From contig NW_005434643.1 of NCBI RefSeq assembly GCF_000315625.1, positions 526,812-590,811 of the forward strand: DNA of 64,000 nucleotides, given 5' to 3'. This document shows positions 1-12,089 of the stretch, one piece after another. The position numbers were made by a program, and so were the translations under genes. A model generated the notes under the pieces. That model saw only the letters and a list, made by a program, of their open reading frames with translations, made no database searches and was not told the DNA's origin. The DNA comes from Guillardia theta CCMP2712. Its lineage: Eukaryota > Protista > Cryptophyta. Within the stretch, counting starts at the first letter, position 1. Each line of letters opens with the position of its first letter.

Positions 1-454
1 AGAGCCAGCAAGCCCGAACAGCTTCTCCGTCTCTTCCCTCCCCCTCCTCTACTCCTCCTCCTCCTCCTCCTCCTCCCTTACCATGTGCATCAACACCTTC
101 GCCATCGACCGCGCCGTCTTCATCCAGACCGCCGCCGCACATGCATCAACGCCCCTCGACTTGTGCTCCCCCTCCCTTTCCGACAGCCAGACCCCGGACG
201 AGACCCCGTCCCCTGACGTCTCAGCATCGCCCGGCGCAGAGGACGCGAGCGAGCAGCCCATCAGCAGCGACGCGACCAAGGGGCTCGAGGCAGGAAACTT
301 GGAGGAGAAGTACGGGAAGCTGTCGTGGACGAAGCGGAGGCAGCTGAGGGCGCTGGAGCACTCGATAGGGTACATCGAGAGGCTACAGAGAGAGGCAGGG
401 GGGAGCGTGGACGGGAGGAGGCTGCCTTGCTTGAATCGCTTGCGAAAGTTTTAG
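1..454 (+). CDS. 3' end of a hypothetical protein running in from the window edge
   Basis: Open frame 83-454 with coding-like GC3, then an AT-rich 3'UTR-like tract. No family recognised. Confidence 0.35.
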   Translation, partial: EPASPNSFSVSSLPLLYSSSSSSSSLTMCINTFAIDRAVFIQTAAAHASTPLDLCSPSLSDSQTPDETPSPDVSASPGAEDASEQPISSDATKGLEAGNLEEKYGKLSWTKRRQLRALEHSIGYIERLQREAGGSVDGRRLPCLNRLRKF

Positions 455-949
455 ATGTAACATAGAGCTGGTATTATAACAATAAACTCTCACGAGCATG
501 TTTTTTTCCGCATTGTTTGAATCCGTCTTTCTCGGCGCATGTTTGAATTGGTGCTCGAAAGGTACCTGATTTTCTCATGCGCCGTCGATCCCTCTCTAGC
601 GTTGTAGTTTCCCTCAAGTCATTCTGCAATATCAAACTGAGTGGTCTAGAGCAGCAGTCCCGATCTCACGTCAAGTTGCCTCGAGAGTGAAGGGGCCTCC
701 GGTGAGAGGTGAAAGGGGTGCTATCAGCTACACTTTATATCCTTTACCGCTACCACTCGAGGACAAGACGATACGAAAGACCGTCACTGCTGCCTGCAGG
801 AAACTAGTCGAGGCCCTGCTGCTGTGAGCTCGAGTCAACCCTCATGTCATCATAGTCTGCAAGGAGAACCTGCACCGCTCCGTACTTCCAGCATATCTGT
901 GGCTGGGTCGTACACCATGTTTTGCTGCGTTACACGTCATGTTGTGGTT

Positions 950-3900
950 GGATTAGGGTTGGAGGTCACCTGGAGTGTTTGCAGGAGGATTCCGGGAGGG
1001 AATGGAATATTCCGTGCCCTGCTGCCGGAGCGACGGCTCTGAGATGAATAAGGTCCAAGGTTTAGCGGAGCTAGCAAACAATTTGACCTTCTGACTCAGC
1101 TCGACATGTTTCTTCAAGGTTTTCTCGTCGCTCACCTGGAGTGGGATCAGAAGGTTACCTCCGCCAAGTTTCTTGCACGGAACTCACACAAAATTGTTCC
1201 CGTGGCGAAGAAGCATCATCATTTCTAGATGCAGTTTTCCAGTCCGTCTCCTCCTCGTCCTCGGACGAGTAGTCTTCCATCGCGTCTCGCCCCCTCATCC
1301 TGGTGGAGAAGGCACGCGTCAGTCGCTTGCCGCCGTAGCAGAGATAGACTACTCTGATGCTATGACGCCAATCCTGCCGTTGGGCCGCCATAGACGGACC
1401 TGTTGGGACAAGAACATCAGAGCGAGCCTTGAAGAGGCCACGAAAGATGTAGGGACTCGAGAACTTAGAAGGAAGGAGGCGGGAAAAGAGTGCGAGGGTA
1501 GGGGACGACAGTAAGGCGGCAGAAGAGAAGAGGTAGGTTGCTACATGGTCTTCTATCCCACTTGTAGCTAGCAAGAACTCATGTGGGTTGGCCTGCCATT
1601 TCTCGTTCAGAGCAGACATCGTCGTAGCTGCAGGCACCTGACAACAGTTGACAATGTCTTGATCCGCAGAGAGAATACGCAGAAGCTTCCCTGCAAAGAC
1701 TGGAATCAGAAGCCTGCTCCAACCAGTCTACCCTATCTCTTCGTTGCCCATTCCTGCCTATCTCCTTCCCCTCCCTTTGCATCGCTTCCCCTCTTCTTCT
1801 TTGTCTCTCTGCTTCTTGCTCGCTCCCTTTGCTCGCAAGTCTCTACTGCCTGCGCTCACCAGTCTTGCGATCCCATATATACGCTTTCCCATCGTCGCTT
1901 CCTCCAACCACAAACTGGTCGTCCTTGCCCTGCATCACTGTGTTACACAGCCGTACTTGTCAACCGAAGCTCAGCGCTACCATGAACGTGCATTCTTTGA
2001 TGTCCGTCTGAACGTTCGCGTGGCCGAGGTACCTGTGAGGGTACAGTTTTCAACGGTTAACACTGTCCAAGGAGGAGGAAGACCTCTGTCGGAACCTCTT
2101 GGGATCGCAAACTTGAGGTCGGTAGATCCCTTGCTCTCCCTTGCGCATCGATGCGCCTCTTCCGGTTGAATTCCCTTCCTCACCCTCCTTCCTGTCCTCA
2201 GCCTCACACTTCATTGCTGCATTTGAGCTGGGCGGGTAGCTCGTCAATTACCGACGATGCTTTCAAGGCTCGCATACCTGTTCTCTTCCATCTTGTCTTC
2301 GTCTGATGATTCTGCCTGCAGTAGCTCTCAGCACAGATGAAGATGGTGAGACGGGTCAACGGGGGGCAGGGGAGCAGGGGGGCAGGGGAGCAGGGGGCAG
2401 GGGACGTCTGTTACCTCCTGGTCTTGAGAGCAAACTTCCATCTCCTCGTCGTCTTCCCTTTGCACCTAAGGTTTTCAATTCAAAGGAGCGAATGATTGCA
2501 ACAGGCTCGTTAAGATGGCACAAAACGTTACACGCCACAAAATCGTCAACGCGAGACAAGAAACATGGTTGGGCCCCGTGGTGGCGCGAATGTAAGAAAG
2601 AAATGAGAGGAAGGGCTAGTTCACCTCGTAATGGTTCTCCTGGATCTTGGACTTGATGTTCTTGCGGATCTTGCTTAGTTTCTTGTTCTTGTGAAAGAGA
2701 TCCGGAAACTCCGCGCACAGTTCGAATGCTTCCTGATACCTCTCCAGCTGCTGTAGACACTTGAGGCGCAGTAAGAGGTTGTCTTCCGACAGCCCCTCTT
2801 CGCTAGCCTCTACGAATTGACTGTCGAAGAGAGCAAGCAGTATGTCTGCGGTCCACTTCCTCTTCAACAGCAAGTTTCCTCGCAAGATCCTCAGCCTGCA
2901 GACCTCCGACAGCACCGAGGTCCCTTGACCGAGCATGGCGATGGCTCTACTGCAGTCATCGATGCTGTCGGATAAGCACTCCTTCATCGCGCTGATGTCA
3001 TCATGGACGGACATGAATATGGTCTTGTTCGTCTCCCTCTCCCTTTCCGTGTACGTCCGGCGATTGGAGAAGTGATAGGAGCGCTTCGGAAAGCAGCCTT
3101 GAAACTCTGCCCCAAAACTTCCAATCTCACGAGGGAACAACCCATCCACCCTGTTCGCAGCCTCGGGGTCGAGCATGTTGGAGAATCGTTGCTGCGGGTC
3201 CTCCGGCCTGTCCAGATCGAACAAGTATGCAGCGTTGGCATGAAAGTTGGCAAGAAGCTGATGACCTGAGTTGCTAAACTTGACGTACGTCGCATGCGTG
3301 TTGAAGAGCAGCTGGTTAGGGGAGTCTTCGACCGCAAACTCCCACACACACCCGGGGGTCTCGTCAGAACGAAGTTTCAACATTCTCCGGTCGTACACCC
3401 TTGCAACAGGGTCGCTGCACGCAGCAGCAAGGTACCATGGCCGCGCTGCATTCACATCTATGGCCTTCAACTCTATCAAGTCGGCGCCGCCATTTCTCTG
3501 GAGGTTTACAAGGATTCCGCTCGCCCCGCCAGGGTTGCCGGCCGGCACTCGGAGGTCATACTGCCGAATCGTCCCGTCCTCCGCTGCGCTCCAGAACAAG
3601 TTTGGCTCCTGAGAGATGGTCTTGACGTCCTTCACCCTGTCAGTGTGGTACGAGAAGAGCTCTCCCTTGCAGTCCCCGTCCGGTGAGATCTTGTGGAGCC
3701 GGACTTGGAAGTCCATGGCACCGGTCACGATCCAGCTGTCGTTCCTCTCTGGGATGAACGCAACGCCAAAGATGTTTCTCTCATGCTCCGTCGAGATCTC
3801 GAGGTGAGAATTCCTGTTCACGTCCCATATGATGCACTTGCAGTCGTCGGACACCGACGCGAGCTTGGTTCCAGTCTCGTTCCAGCAGAGTCTGTTCACA

Positions 3901-3995
3901 CACCCAGCATGTCCTCTTAGCTCTTTGTGGAGAGTTAGCTTGTCGACAAGTGATTTGTGCCCGAGCAGACTGTTTCTGAACCTTCTGCCCCTCAT
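950..3995 (-). CDS. WDTC1: WD40/TPR protein, WDTC1 (adipose/DCAF9)-like, multi-exon; 3' end approximate
   Basis: Exon 2616-3995 has LRGHAGCVNRLCWNETGTKLASVSDD and HERNIFGVAF. Downstream exons read RYLGHANVQTDIKECTF (~1985-2035), DQFVVGGSDDGKAYIWDRKTG (~1860-1920), ADQDIVNCCQ and PHEFLLATSGIEDHV, matching the C-terminal WD repeats of the WDTC1/DCAF6/DCAF8 family. Confidence 0.85.
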
Positions 3996-5168
3996 GGCTC
4001 CAATGCGATGCAGGTCAACTACGTCTTCATGTCAGGAGCCTTACAAAGCAACGAAATCGAGGAGGAGGTGGAGAAGTTGGAGGACGAGGCGACAGTAGCG
4101 GTCAAGAATACCAGGAGAAACACAAGGACACAAGGATAGCGTGTAGACGGATGAAGAGGAGAAGGCGATGACGGAGGTGAAAGTGGAGGGTCCGCAAGTA
4201 CAGTAATCAACGATAGGCAGACGAGGAAGAGTAGGAAGAAGATGCTGGGACAGGCAGTCTCAGTGATCACCTGAGTATAAGATGTTGGCAGCCATGGTTT
4301 CAATTCAGGAATGGTGCCCTCCTATCACGTCTGTCGGACAACCTCGCTGAAATGTGCAAGGGATTGTATTTGGGATTTTTGGACAGAAATTGATCTGCTC
4401 AAACTGGTCATATGGAGAGCAATCATGTGCCTACCTACTTCAACACAGAGGTAGCTGTACCATTCAATCCTATGTAACATATGCTCCCTCCTGATATGAC
4501 TACATCTTTCCTTGTGTAGACTAGCAGTCAATGTACGATTTTCAGCCACCTTTGCAGATCAGAACAAACTTGACTCGTGCACTTCATGGACACGCAGGAC
4601 ATGTATGAACGATCAGACTTCTCGATGTGTTTGTTGTTGGTAACATTCATCATCTTCTTCGTTTCCCTTTGCTATCTTTCCCACCATCCTCTCTTCCTCT
4701 CCGAACAAAGCGCCCTAGCATTTTTCCCAATAGAACCAGCCGCCCACCCACCCTCGGAAAACAAACCTTCACTACCTTCGTAGACCCCCATGATGGTGTA
4801 CCCCTTGTTTCCCCTCAATGCAGGGGGGTTTCCATCACCCTACCCCTTGGACGCTTCAGCTTTCCAACAAAATTATCCACCATACCCCCCAGAAACATAA
4901 TTATCTACCCCTTTTTGAACCGCCAGAAATTCACATGATGACCCACCCCTTGTCCAGCTTCGATACTGTGGGGAGTGAAAACTCCGGGCCCGGGCCCGAG
5001 CAGTGTCAGGCGGGCCTTCCAGAGCTTCGTACTCTTTACTCAATGTTCAATTAAAATATAATATTGACTAATATTCGTACCAATTCTTTCAAGTACCGTA
5101 CAAAGAAGTACCTCACGTCGTACTACTTTTAAATTGAAGTTTTAGGAGCGCCGGATTTAGAGGCAAAC

Positions 5169-6785
5169 ATGGCGAGGGGGGAGGCGTCGCTGGTCAGGCC
5201 CATGGCGGGATGGCGGGAGGAGGAGAGAGGAGGATACCAGAGGCTCTTGAGGAAATTTGTCGCTTGTCTATCCATAGCTGGTCTTCTGGTGGCTGTGGCG
5301 TTCTACTCCTCGGGAAGCACTTCGGGGAGGAAGGAGTTGTCCCAGATGTACACAGAGCTCAAGTTCGGCGATGCTTCTTTCCATGCAGCCGGTGTGCTGC
5401 CGCAGCAGAGGGAAGGCAGTGTAAGGGGAAAGATCGCTCCTCACTTTGTCGCCCCTCCTGGACCCATCGGGGAGATCGGTCTGGCAGGAAAGAGTACAAA
5501 ACTCGCACAAGTTCCCAACGGCGCAGCCGTGTTAAGGTTTGGTGATTCTTCGTTTCACGAGTCAAAGGCTTTTCGCACGAGGGAAGGGAGTGTAAGAGGA
5601 AACATCAAGCCAGACTTCAAGGTTCCCCTCGGAGATCTTGGGGAGATTGGCCTCTCTGAGAAACCTATGAGGAGGCAAACCAGCACTGCTTCGCTCGCGT
5701 TTGGAGATGCATCCTTCCATGCATCGAAAGCATCGCAATCGAAGGAGGGAAGTGTTCGAGGAGGAGTGAAGCCGGACTTCAAGCCTCCTCTTGGTGATCT
5801 AGGAGAAGAAGGCCTTGCTCAAGCGCCCAAAACTCCTATTCAGAAACATGGAGCTGTGCTGGCCTTCGGTGATTCCGAGTTTCACTCCGGGCCCCAGGCA
5901 AGTGCACGAGAGGGAAGCGTGAGGGCAGGCAAGACGCCGGACTTCCTCCCTCCCCTCGGCGATCTTGGTGAAGTTGGACTGAAGCACAGCAAGGTTCAGA
6001 CGCTGGTAGTGAGACCAAAGGTAGCAGCTGCCAGCGAGAAGTCCTCAGCTCTTGCCTTCGGAGACTCTGAGTTTCATTCCTCCAAACCGTCGGCAGGGAG
6101 AGAGGGAAGCATCAGGAATGGTGTAGCTCCTGACTTCAAGCCTCCCATCGGAGACTTGGGCGAGACTGGATTGAAGCCCACACAACACGCTCAAACGCTC
6201 GCAGCTTCCAAGAAAGAGGTACAGCCCCACAAGATGACTGACGTCTCTGCAAGGCAAGACATGAACAAGTTCTACAATGAGCAGTACACTCGTCTGAAGC
6301 AGCAGCAAGCCGCCAGTGAGAAACAAGCCCTCCTCACATCTCAGGCCGCCAAGTCAGCGATCGACCGTTACTACGATACTCTCAACTCTCAAGCGGTAGC
6401 TGAGCACAAGAATATTCTCCAGTCGGCTAATAGGAACGCGGCTCAGAGCCAACACAGCATGCTCTCCTACTTTGACGCGTTGCAGTCTCATGACAACGCC
6501 CTGCACACTGCGGCCATGCAGCGCAAAGCTGCTGCCAATGCTCGGATTGAAAAGAAGGCTGAGCGAGAAACAAGCGCAAGTCAGAGCAAGGAAGATACGG
6601 CGAGGATGCAGGTGTTGAGCGAGAAGAAGATCAAGCCTGAGATCACGTACGGCAACGACCCCGGCAACAAGCATGGCTTCCATGCTGTCCAGGTGACCAA
6701 GGATGCCAAGATCCGCAAGGAACTTGCTGCTGCACGTGCCATCGCTAGGAAGGACATGGACGATTGCAGCTCCGGCTTCTGTTAA
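5169..6785 (+). CDS. Type II membrane/secreted repeat protein (5x FGDxxFH...REGSVR...PDFxxPxGDLGExGL)
   Basis: 538-aa intronless ATG ORF with one N-terminal hydrophobic segment (FVACLSIAGLLVAVAFY), five ~40-aa repeats and three AxxAxxxMxxY[FY]DxL-like helical repeats. Confidence 0.85.
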   Translation: MARGEASLVRPMAGWREEERGGYQRLLRKFVACLSIAGLLVAVAFYSSGSTSGRKELSQMYTELKFGDASFHAAGVLPQQREGSVRGKIAPHFVAPPGPIGEIGLAGKSTKLAQVPNGAAVLRFGDSSFHESKAFRTREGSVRGNIKPDFKVPLGDLGEIGLSEKPMRRQTSTASLAFGDASFHASKASQSKEGSVRGGVKPDFKPPLGDLGEEGLAQAPKTPIQKHGAVLAFGDSEFHSGPQASAREGSVRAGKTPDFLPPLGDLGEVGLKHSKVQTLVVRPKVAAASEKSSALAFGDSEFHSSKPSAGREGSIRNGVAPDFKPPIGDLGETGLKPTQHAQTLAASKKEVQPHKMTDVSARQDMNKFYNEQYTRLKQQQAASEKQALLTSQAAKSAIDRYYDTLNSQAVAEHKNILQSANRNAAQSQHSMLSYFDALQSHDNALHTAAMQRKAAANARIEKKAERETSASQSKEDTARMQVLSEKKIKPEITYGNDPGNKHGFHAVQVTKDAKIRKELAAARAIARKDMDDCSSGFC

Positions 6786-7099
6786 ATCGTCCCTAGAGTA
6801 CTTTCTGATCTGTAAATTCGTGGAGGCTTCCACTGATCAAGATCGCGCCAATCAGAGAGGCTTTGCGATCGTCTCCAGACATTTGATAGTGACTTAGTTA
6901 AGTTTGGGGTCTTCCACATGTAAGGGAGATCAGTAGGAGGTTGAAAGAGAATAAAAACATCGCTTTAAACTTTGCGGTAGAACGACTAGCGTCCGAATGA
7001 ATAATGATCGCAACTATTTCACTGCGGTGGAGGAGGAGCTGCAACGTGAGCATCGGAGCCGGTTACAGCTGTATGCCACAGTCAACACGTCTATCGCTT

Positions 7100-8302
7100 C
7101 TACAAGAGTCTCTCACCTGCATACATCTGCGGTGAAGGGTTGCCAGCATAGGGGGTAGTCATCGAAACATTGGGAACGGAGGTTGGAGTAGGAACGAAGC
7201 CGCGTGAAGGCTTCTTAATAGCCACGAAGAAGGCGCAGTTGTAGATGGTATGCATCATGGAGTTCGGGTTCTGCGTGTAGTAGCAGGTCCTCTCAGCCTC
7301 TTCCTTGATCTCAAACCCGAAATGCAGAACGAGCGATCTCAGCTCAGTGTATGAGAGTTCAGTAGAGTCCACGTCTGCTGAGTCCGAGTAGTGATATAGA
7401 AGAGGCCCGAGATTGATCCAGATCCCTCCATCTGCAAGCAAACTGTGGATATGCTCAACATACTGAACCACATTTGACGCAGTGTCGATGAAGAAACAGG
7501 TAGCGACACAGTCCCATTCCCCTCGCTGATTCCTGTACACTTCCAAGAAATCCCCTGCAACCATGCTGAACTCGACGTTCGGAGGAAGCCCTCCTGGCAT
7601 CTCGTCAGGGACAAGAACTTGCTTGAACTGATGTGCATCGGCATCCCATACGTTAGACGACGACAACACCCAAGGATGCAGAGCAAGCATCTTCTCCCCA
7701 GGAGCGTAGTTCAGAATAAAGTTGGATGAGATCAGCATCTGGTACGAAAACTCACATCCTTGCGCTGAAAAGCCAAGCTTTGCGATGTCGTAGGTTAGTC
7801 TGCCCAACCCAGCACCAGGAAGTAGCACTCGGAGTCGATAGCGCTGATCCATGGGATAATGCGAATAATAGCTTTCCAGAGCATCTGTGATCGGTTTATA
7901 GCTCTGAACGCGCTCTGCTTGACCATCTTCACTCCAATCTCTAACGAACTGTCTTAATGTACATCGTATCTTGTCCATGTCCAGGCCCTGACCGGTTATG
8001 AACGGGAATTCTGTCTGCGCCCCCTGCAGTAAGTGGCTATTCGCCGTGAAGCTGCTAGCATGTGCCACAATAGTATTGAGAAACTGCTGATTCACATCAA
8101 CACAACGTTTCTGAGTCGAGAACTTGGAAGGTAAGTGACTGAGTATCGCCTGGTGCTGAGGTGGCAGCCTTGCAAAACTCACCTCTGCTTTGCTGACCAC
8201 ATTCAAAGCATGTTCTCTGTAGAACAGGAAAGCCTTGATCACATTTTCAAAGTGCTCGCATTCGGCACGTTTTGTCTCCTCATCAACATCAATTCCTGAC
8301 AT
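7100..8302 (-). CDS. CARNMT1: Carnosine/protein-histidine N-methyltransferase (N2227 family)
   Basis: DMDKIRCTLRQFVRDWSEDG, RVLLPGAGLGRL, QGCEFSYQML, FSMVAGDFLEVY, CVATCFFIDTA, WINLGPLLYHY. Likely ATG at 8302 (MSGIDVDE). Confidence 0.92.
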   Translation of the reverse strand: MSGIDVDEETKRAECEHFENVIKAFLFYREHALNVVSKAEVSFARLPPQHQAILSHLPSKFSTQKRCVDVNQQFLNTIVAHASSFTANSHLLQGAQTEFPFITGQGLDMDKIRCTLRQFVRDWSEDGQAERVQSYKPITDALESYYSHYPMDQRYRLRVLLPGAGLGRLTYDIAKLGFSAQGCEFSYQMLISSNFILNYAPGEKMLALHPWVLSSSNVWDADAHQFKQVLVPDEMPGGLPPNVEFSMVAGDFLEVYRNQRGEWDCVATCFFIDTASNVVQYVEHIHSLLADGGIWINLGPLLYHYSDSADVDSTELSYTELRSLVLHFGFEIKEEAERTCYYTQNPNSMMHTIYNCAFFVAIKKPSRGFVPTPTSVPNVSMTTPYAGNPSPQMYAGERLL

Positions 8303-9868
8303 GGCTTGATGCAAACAATTCGTCCAGTATGTCCTTGGATGTCGATACTGTCTCGTCTCCGACAACAAGAATGGATAATCTCATGCAAGGACAACTATCT
8401 GGTAGAAAAATTAGGATGCTTTGATAGCACCATGGGATATACCTTGGCAATTTTTACTTTGCCCAAGTAAACTACGGCTTCAAAATAAACATCTGAGAAC
8501 GAAAGCAGGAGATCAATACCATGAGCACACCATGTGAGTTAGAAAGCTTGTGATTGGTCAAAACACCCATCACTCAATAGTTTGCAGGAAAAGACTTCAA
8601 ACTGCAAAACCCTTCAAACATGTGTTTGCTGCACGTCGCAAAAGTTGTAGAGTCGCATTGAAAGAAGATGGGTGAGAAAATGAGCATAAGTCGCAAAATC
8701 AAGTGCAGGTAAGGTGCGATTTCATGCATACAAATGAAAGGACAAATAATCAGTGTGCAGAGATAGTTTCAAAGGAAGGGAGTACCTGCAACTTTTGCAA
8801 TAAACTATCTTTGCATGAAGGAGCAAAGTGAAAACATCAGCAGTTTCGATTTTGCTACCACCAGAATGTAACAGGAATAGATCATTGGAAGCATTAGTTA
8901 AAGGAAAAATCAAATCATCTGTGCGGCATACTCTACCACTTCAACTCGTGCTACACCACCCGAAACACAGGACTACTGCAATGGTTACAGCGTAAGAGGT
9001 GAGGTATGTGTTTTGTGTCGCCCGAGCCAACTCAGTATGCAGATAGGACGGCAGCAAAGAGGGGGAAGAGGAACGCAGCATGGTTTGAGGTGTGTTTATC
9101 CTACTTCTGCCCGCGGACTCGGCTCTCACTGGGAGAATGGATAAGCCGCTGGTAGGGCATGAAGCGATTGAAACGGCGATAGGATGTGAAAGGGGCCACC
9201 AGTACGGTGGGGGTGGGGAGCAATGCTCAAAAGAAAGGGTGGGTAGTTGTAAGTGACAAAGGGCAGAACAAACTTGTTCATTTTTAATTAGTAAACCTCA
9301 TGCATATAGCTCAAGGCAGCAATCAATGAAAAAATCGGGTGTAGCAAGTCCCTCAAAGGGTGGGTACACAATAGAACCGGTGGGTGGGGGTGAAATTTCA
9401 GAGGAGGGGTGGGTCCTCCTTGTTCCAGAAGGATTGTGTTGACTAAAACATTTCCCTCAGACCGGAGTCTCGTGGGCTCGGCCCGGGGCCGGTTGCGCCG
9501 GGAAATGTAACGATTATGTAACGTTGTTCTAGTAAATGTTCTACCAAATATGCATCCAGTGGGCAGGAAGGAGAGGGAGGAGCAGGAGCGTGAGAGTAAG
9601 ATGGTAAAGGAAAGTAGGAAGGAACAAACAGACAGAACGCCATGAGGCCCAGGTAAAGCTCAGAGCATGCAAATAGCAGGTGGGTGTCGTGAAATAGAAA
9701 TCAATTGAAGGTGTGACCGATCAACAAGACATAGTGCGACAGAATTGGTGTAGTTTGATGTTGCAAAGAGGAAATTTTGAAGAAGAGGTGCGTAATGAAT
9801 GACACGATATTTGATCATTGACATTATTTTGCGTTGTTTGGGGTCCCTCTCGAATGACCTCCTTCTTG

Positions 9869-10599
9869 ATGGCAGGCTTCAGGAACCCAAGGTTTGACTC
9901 AACTCTAGCAGGGATATGCTCGGAGAAACCTTCTCATACAGCTCAAGCTCCTCAACATCATCTTCATCTCAGACGGGTGCTGATGGATGCTACTACACTG
10001 AACAGATTGAAAGAAGCTGCCGCACCGGAAGCGACGGAAGCAGGTCGAACTGCAATGCACTTGTCTGTACACGGATATTGATGACTGAGAACCAGGATTT
10101 GTGAGAACTTGAAGAGATTTTTTAGGCAGTGCCCGGGGAGACCTCTAGAGGAGCGGAGGGGTGAAGGATCAGATTCTACTTGGGCGCCTTTGAGCGACTC
10201 CGACCATTCTTCTTCGCTATCAGACTGGCCAGCCTCTCCCCTTGGGATCTTCTCCAGATTCTCTCCGTTCGGCGGCACAAGCAGATTCGATGGGCTGACG
10301 GAGCGTGCACCGTATACAGAGAGTGAAGAAACCCTCCCGTCTGACAGCTCCAACTTTGAAAACAGATACTACAGGCAGCTGATGATAGATGTACAATGTT
10401 CCGTGTGATGGATGCTTGCAGGAGATACTTCGACCCTTCAACCTCAGCAGACTCACATGAAAGCAGTTCAGTGCAAACGGGTAGCTCTGATGAAGTTTCA
10501 CTAAGTTTTCAGTCATTTTTACAATCATGCAGATGCCCAAGACGTATTGAGACAATTTCAAGACATGGAAAGATCAATTATGAGGTGTGTCTTGTCTGA
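9869..10599 (+). CDS. Hypothetical Ser-rich protein, probably spliced
   Basis: Three consecutive + strand ORFs (9818-10081, 10109-10408, 10396-10599) joinable by short introns. No family recognised. Confidence 0.3.
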
Positions 10600-11399
10600 T
10601 TCAGCTTTTGCTCCGTTCATTCTAAGATTTCTCCAATCACTGAGATTTGCCCCAGGGACTTTGCTAGTTCGTTTGGTTTTGGATTGTTTTCTCCGTTTGG
10701 TAGACCAATAAATCGTCCGAGGTATACTTTGGCAACTTGTGACAGCCTTGAAAAGCAGAAAGAAACTGAAATTTAGACGCAGGTATCAAACTCCAAACGA
10801 TTTCCGTCATTTTGGTGGCGAGGATGTCTAATCTTGCTAGCGGCGGACTATGGCCGCTGCCGCGCGAGTGCTCCGAAGTTACAGGACGGTCGACTGCCAC
10901 ACTGAGTGCCGGGGTCTGCGACTCATGACTCTGAGTAGAAAGCTTGAAGTTTAACCTCCCGGGAGTCCGCCAAACCGTTGCCGTCACATGACAGGCGGTC
11001 ATGCTTCAGTGTTACTTACTGTTAAGGTGCACTGTGACAGCGACAGCGGCATTACGTTAGCTTGTTGGTTTTGGGGGTCCCATTTCCTGTGGGGCTCTGA
11101 TCATGACTCAGCAACTGCGCATTGTGAAACGAAGTAAACTCAGTATGATGATGTGACACAGGAAAGCTCACTCCATACAAGCCAGCTGTGACAACTCTCA
11201 GGATGTAGTAAGGACATGAAGTCAAGAAATATATGCAACATTCAAGCCATGTTGCTTCAGATGTGATCCACAGTCATTAATTCATTCAAATCGTCATTCC
11301 TCCACATGTTGAATAATGACAAATGAACTTCGGAACAAGGGTGGGTACCTTAAGTTCAAGGTCATTGTCCGACTCAGCAGAAACTTGGGTCACTACTAG

Positions 11400-12080
11400 C
11401 CTGATTACTGTTACTAGTGACTTGGTCCGATCTTGTACCAGCGGCCGGGAAGGCATGTCGGATGGCCGGCCCGGCGTCTGATCGCGCGGCGCCGGCTGGC
11501 ATGGCAGAACGAGGACAATCGGTGATCAGGAGAGTCGAGCCTCGGAGGAGGCTTGACCCTGCCACACTGTACGCCGCCGCCGTCGCACTGCGGCAGCCGC
11601 TGGCCAAACGGCGAGAAGAGAAAAGACAGCCTCGGAGAACCAAACCCAGGCCAGCCCAATCCTGCCGACTGCGGTCTCAGGCAGTGTCCCCGCCCAACTT
11701 GCCGCGTGCCAAACTTAACTGATACCTTCACATTTGAAAGTTTCAAGTTTGCAACTCCCTGACTGAGTCCGACCGTACGCCGTGACGGACTCCGAGTCAC
11801 CGGGGCGACTCCGGGGATTCAGTGGCGCGGCCCCCCCCCCCCGAGCATCGGCGGATCTTCACCGTCCCAGGCTCCGAGTCACCTCCCGGCCCGGCCCCGG
11901 CGAGTCCCGGGGCCAATCAACTTGCCGCGTGCCGCGTCCGGTGGCATTTGAGAGTCTAGTACAGTACCCGGTGACCGTCAGGCTTTGATACCGTACCTGG
12001 CGCGGCTCACGGGCCGGAGCCTCCGTTGGGGCCGTCGGACAAAGTTTGCATCTTGGCATCCTGGCAGTCCGATCCGATCA
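11400..12080. other. GC/palindrome-rich intergenic island 1
   Basis: Dense CCGG, GGCC, CCCGGG, GACTC/GAGTC and GTACCG words; internal repeat AACTTGCCGCGTGCC twice; only Arg/Pro/Gly/Ala shadow ORFs. Confidence 0.7.
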
Positions 12081-12089
12081 TCTTATTAG

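Noticed and set aside
5169-8302. RiPP-like cluster of the His-containing repeat protein plus the adjacent His methyltransferase
   Set aside because: CARNMT1 is a widely conserved cytosolic/nuclear enzyme with no signal peptide, while the repeats would be luminal. Convergent adjacency alone is not evidence.
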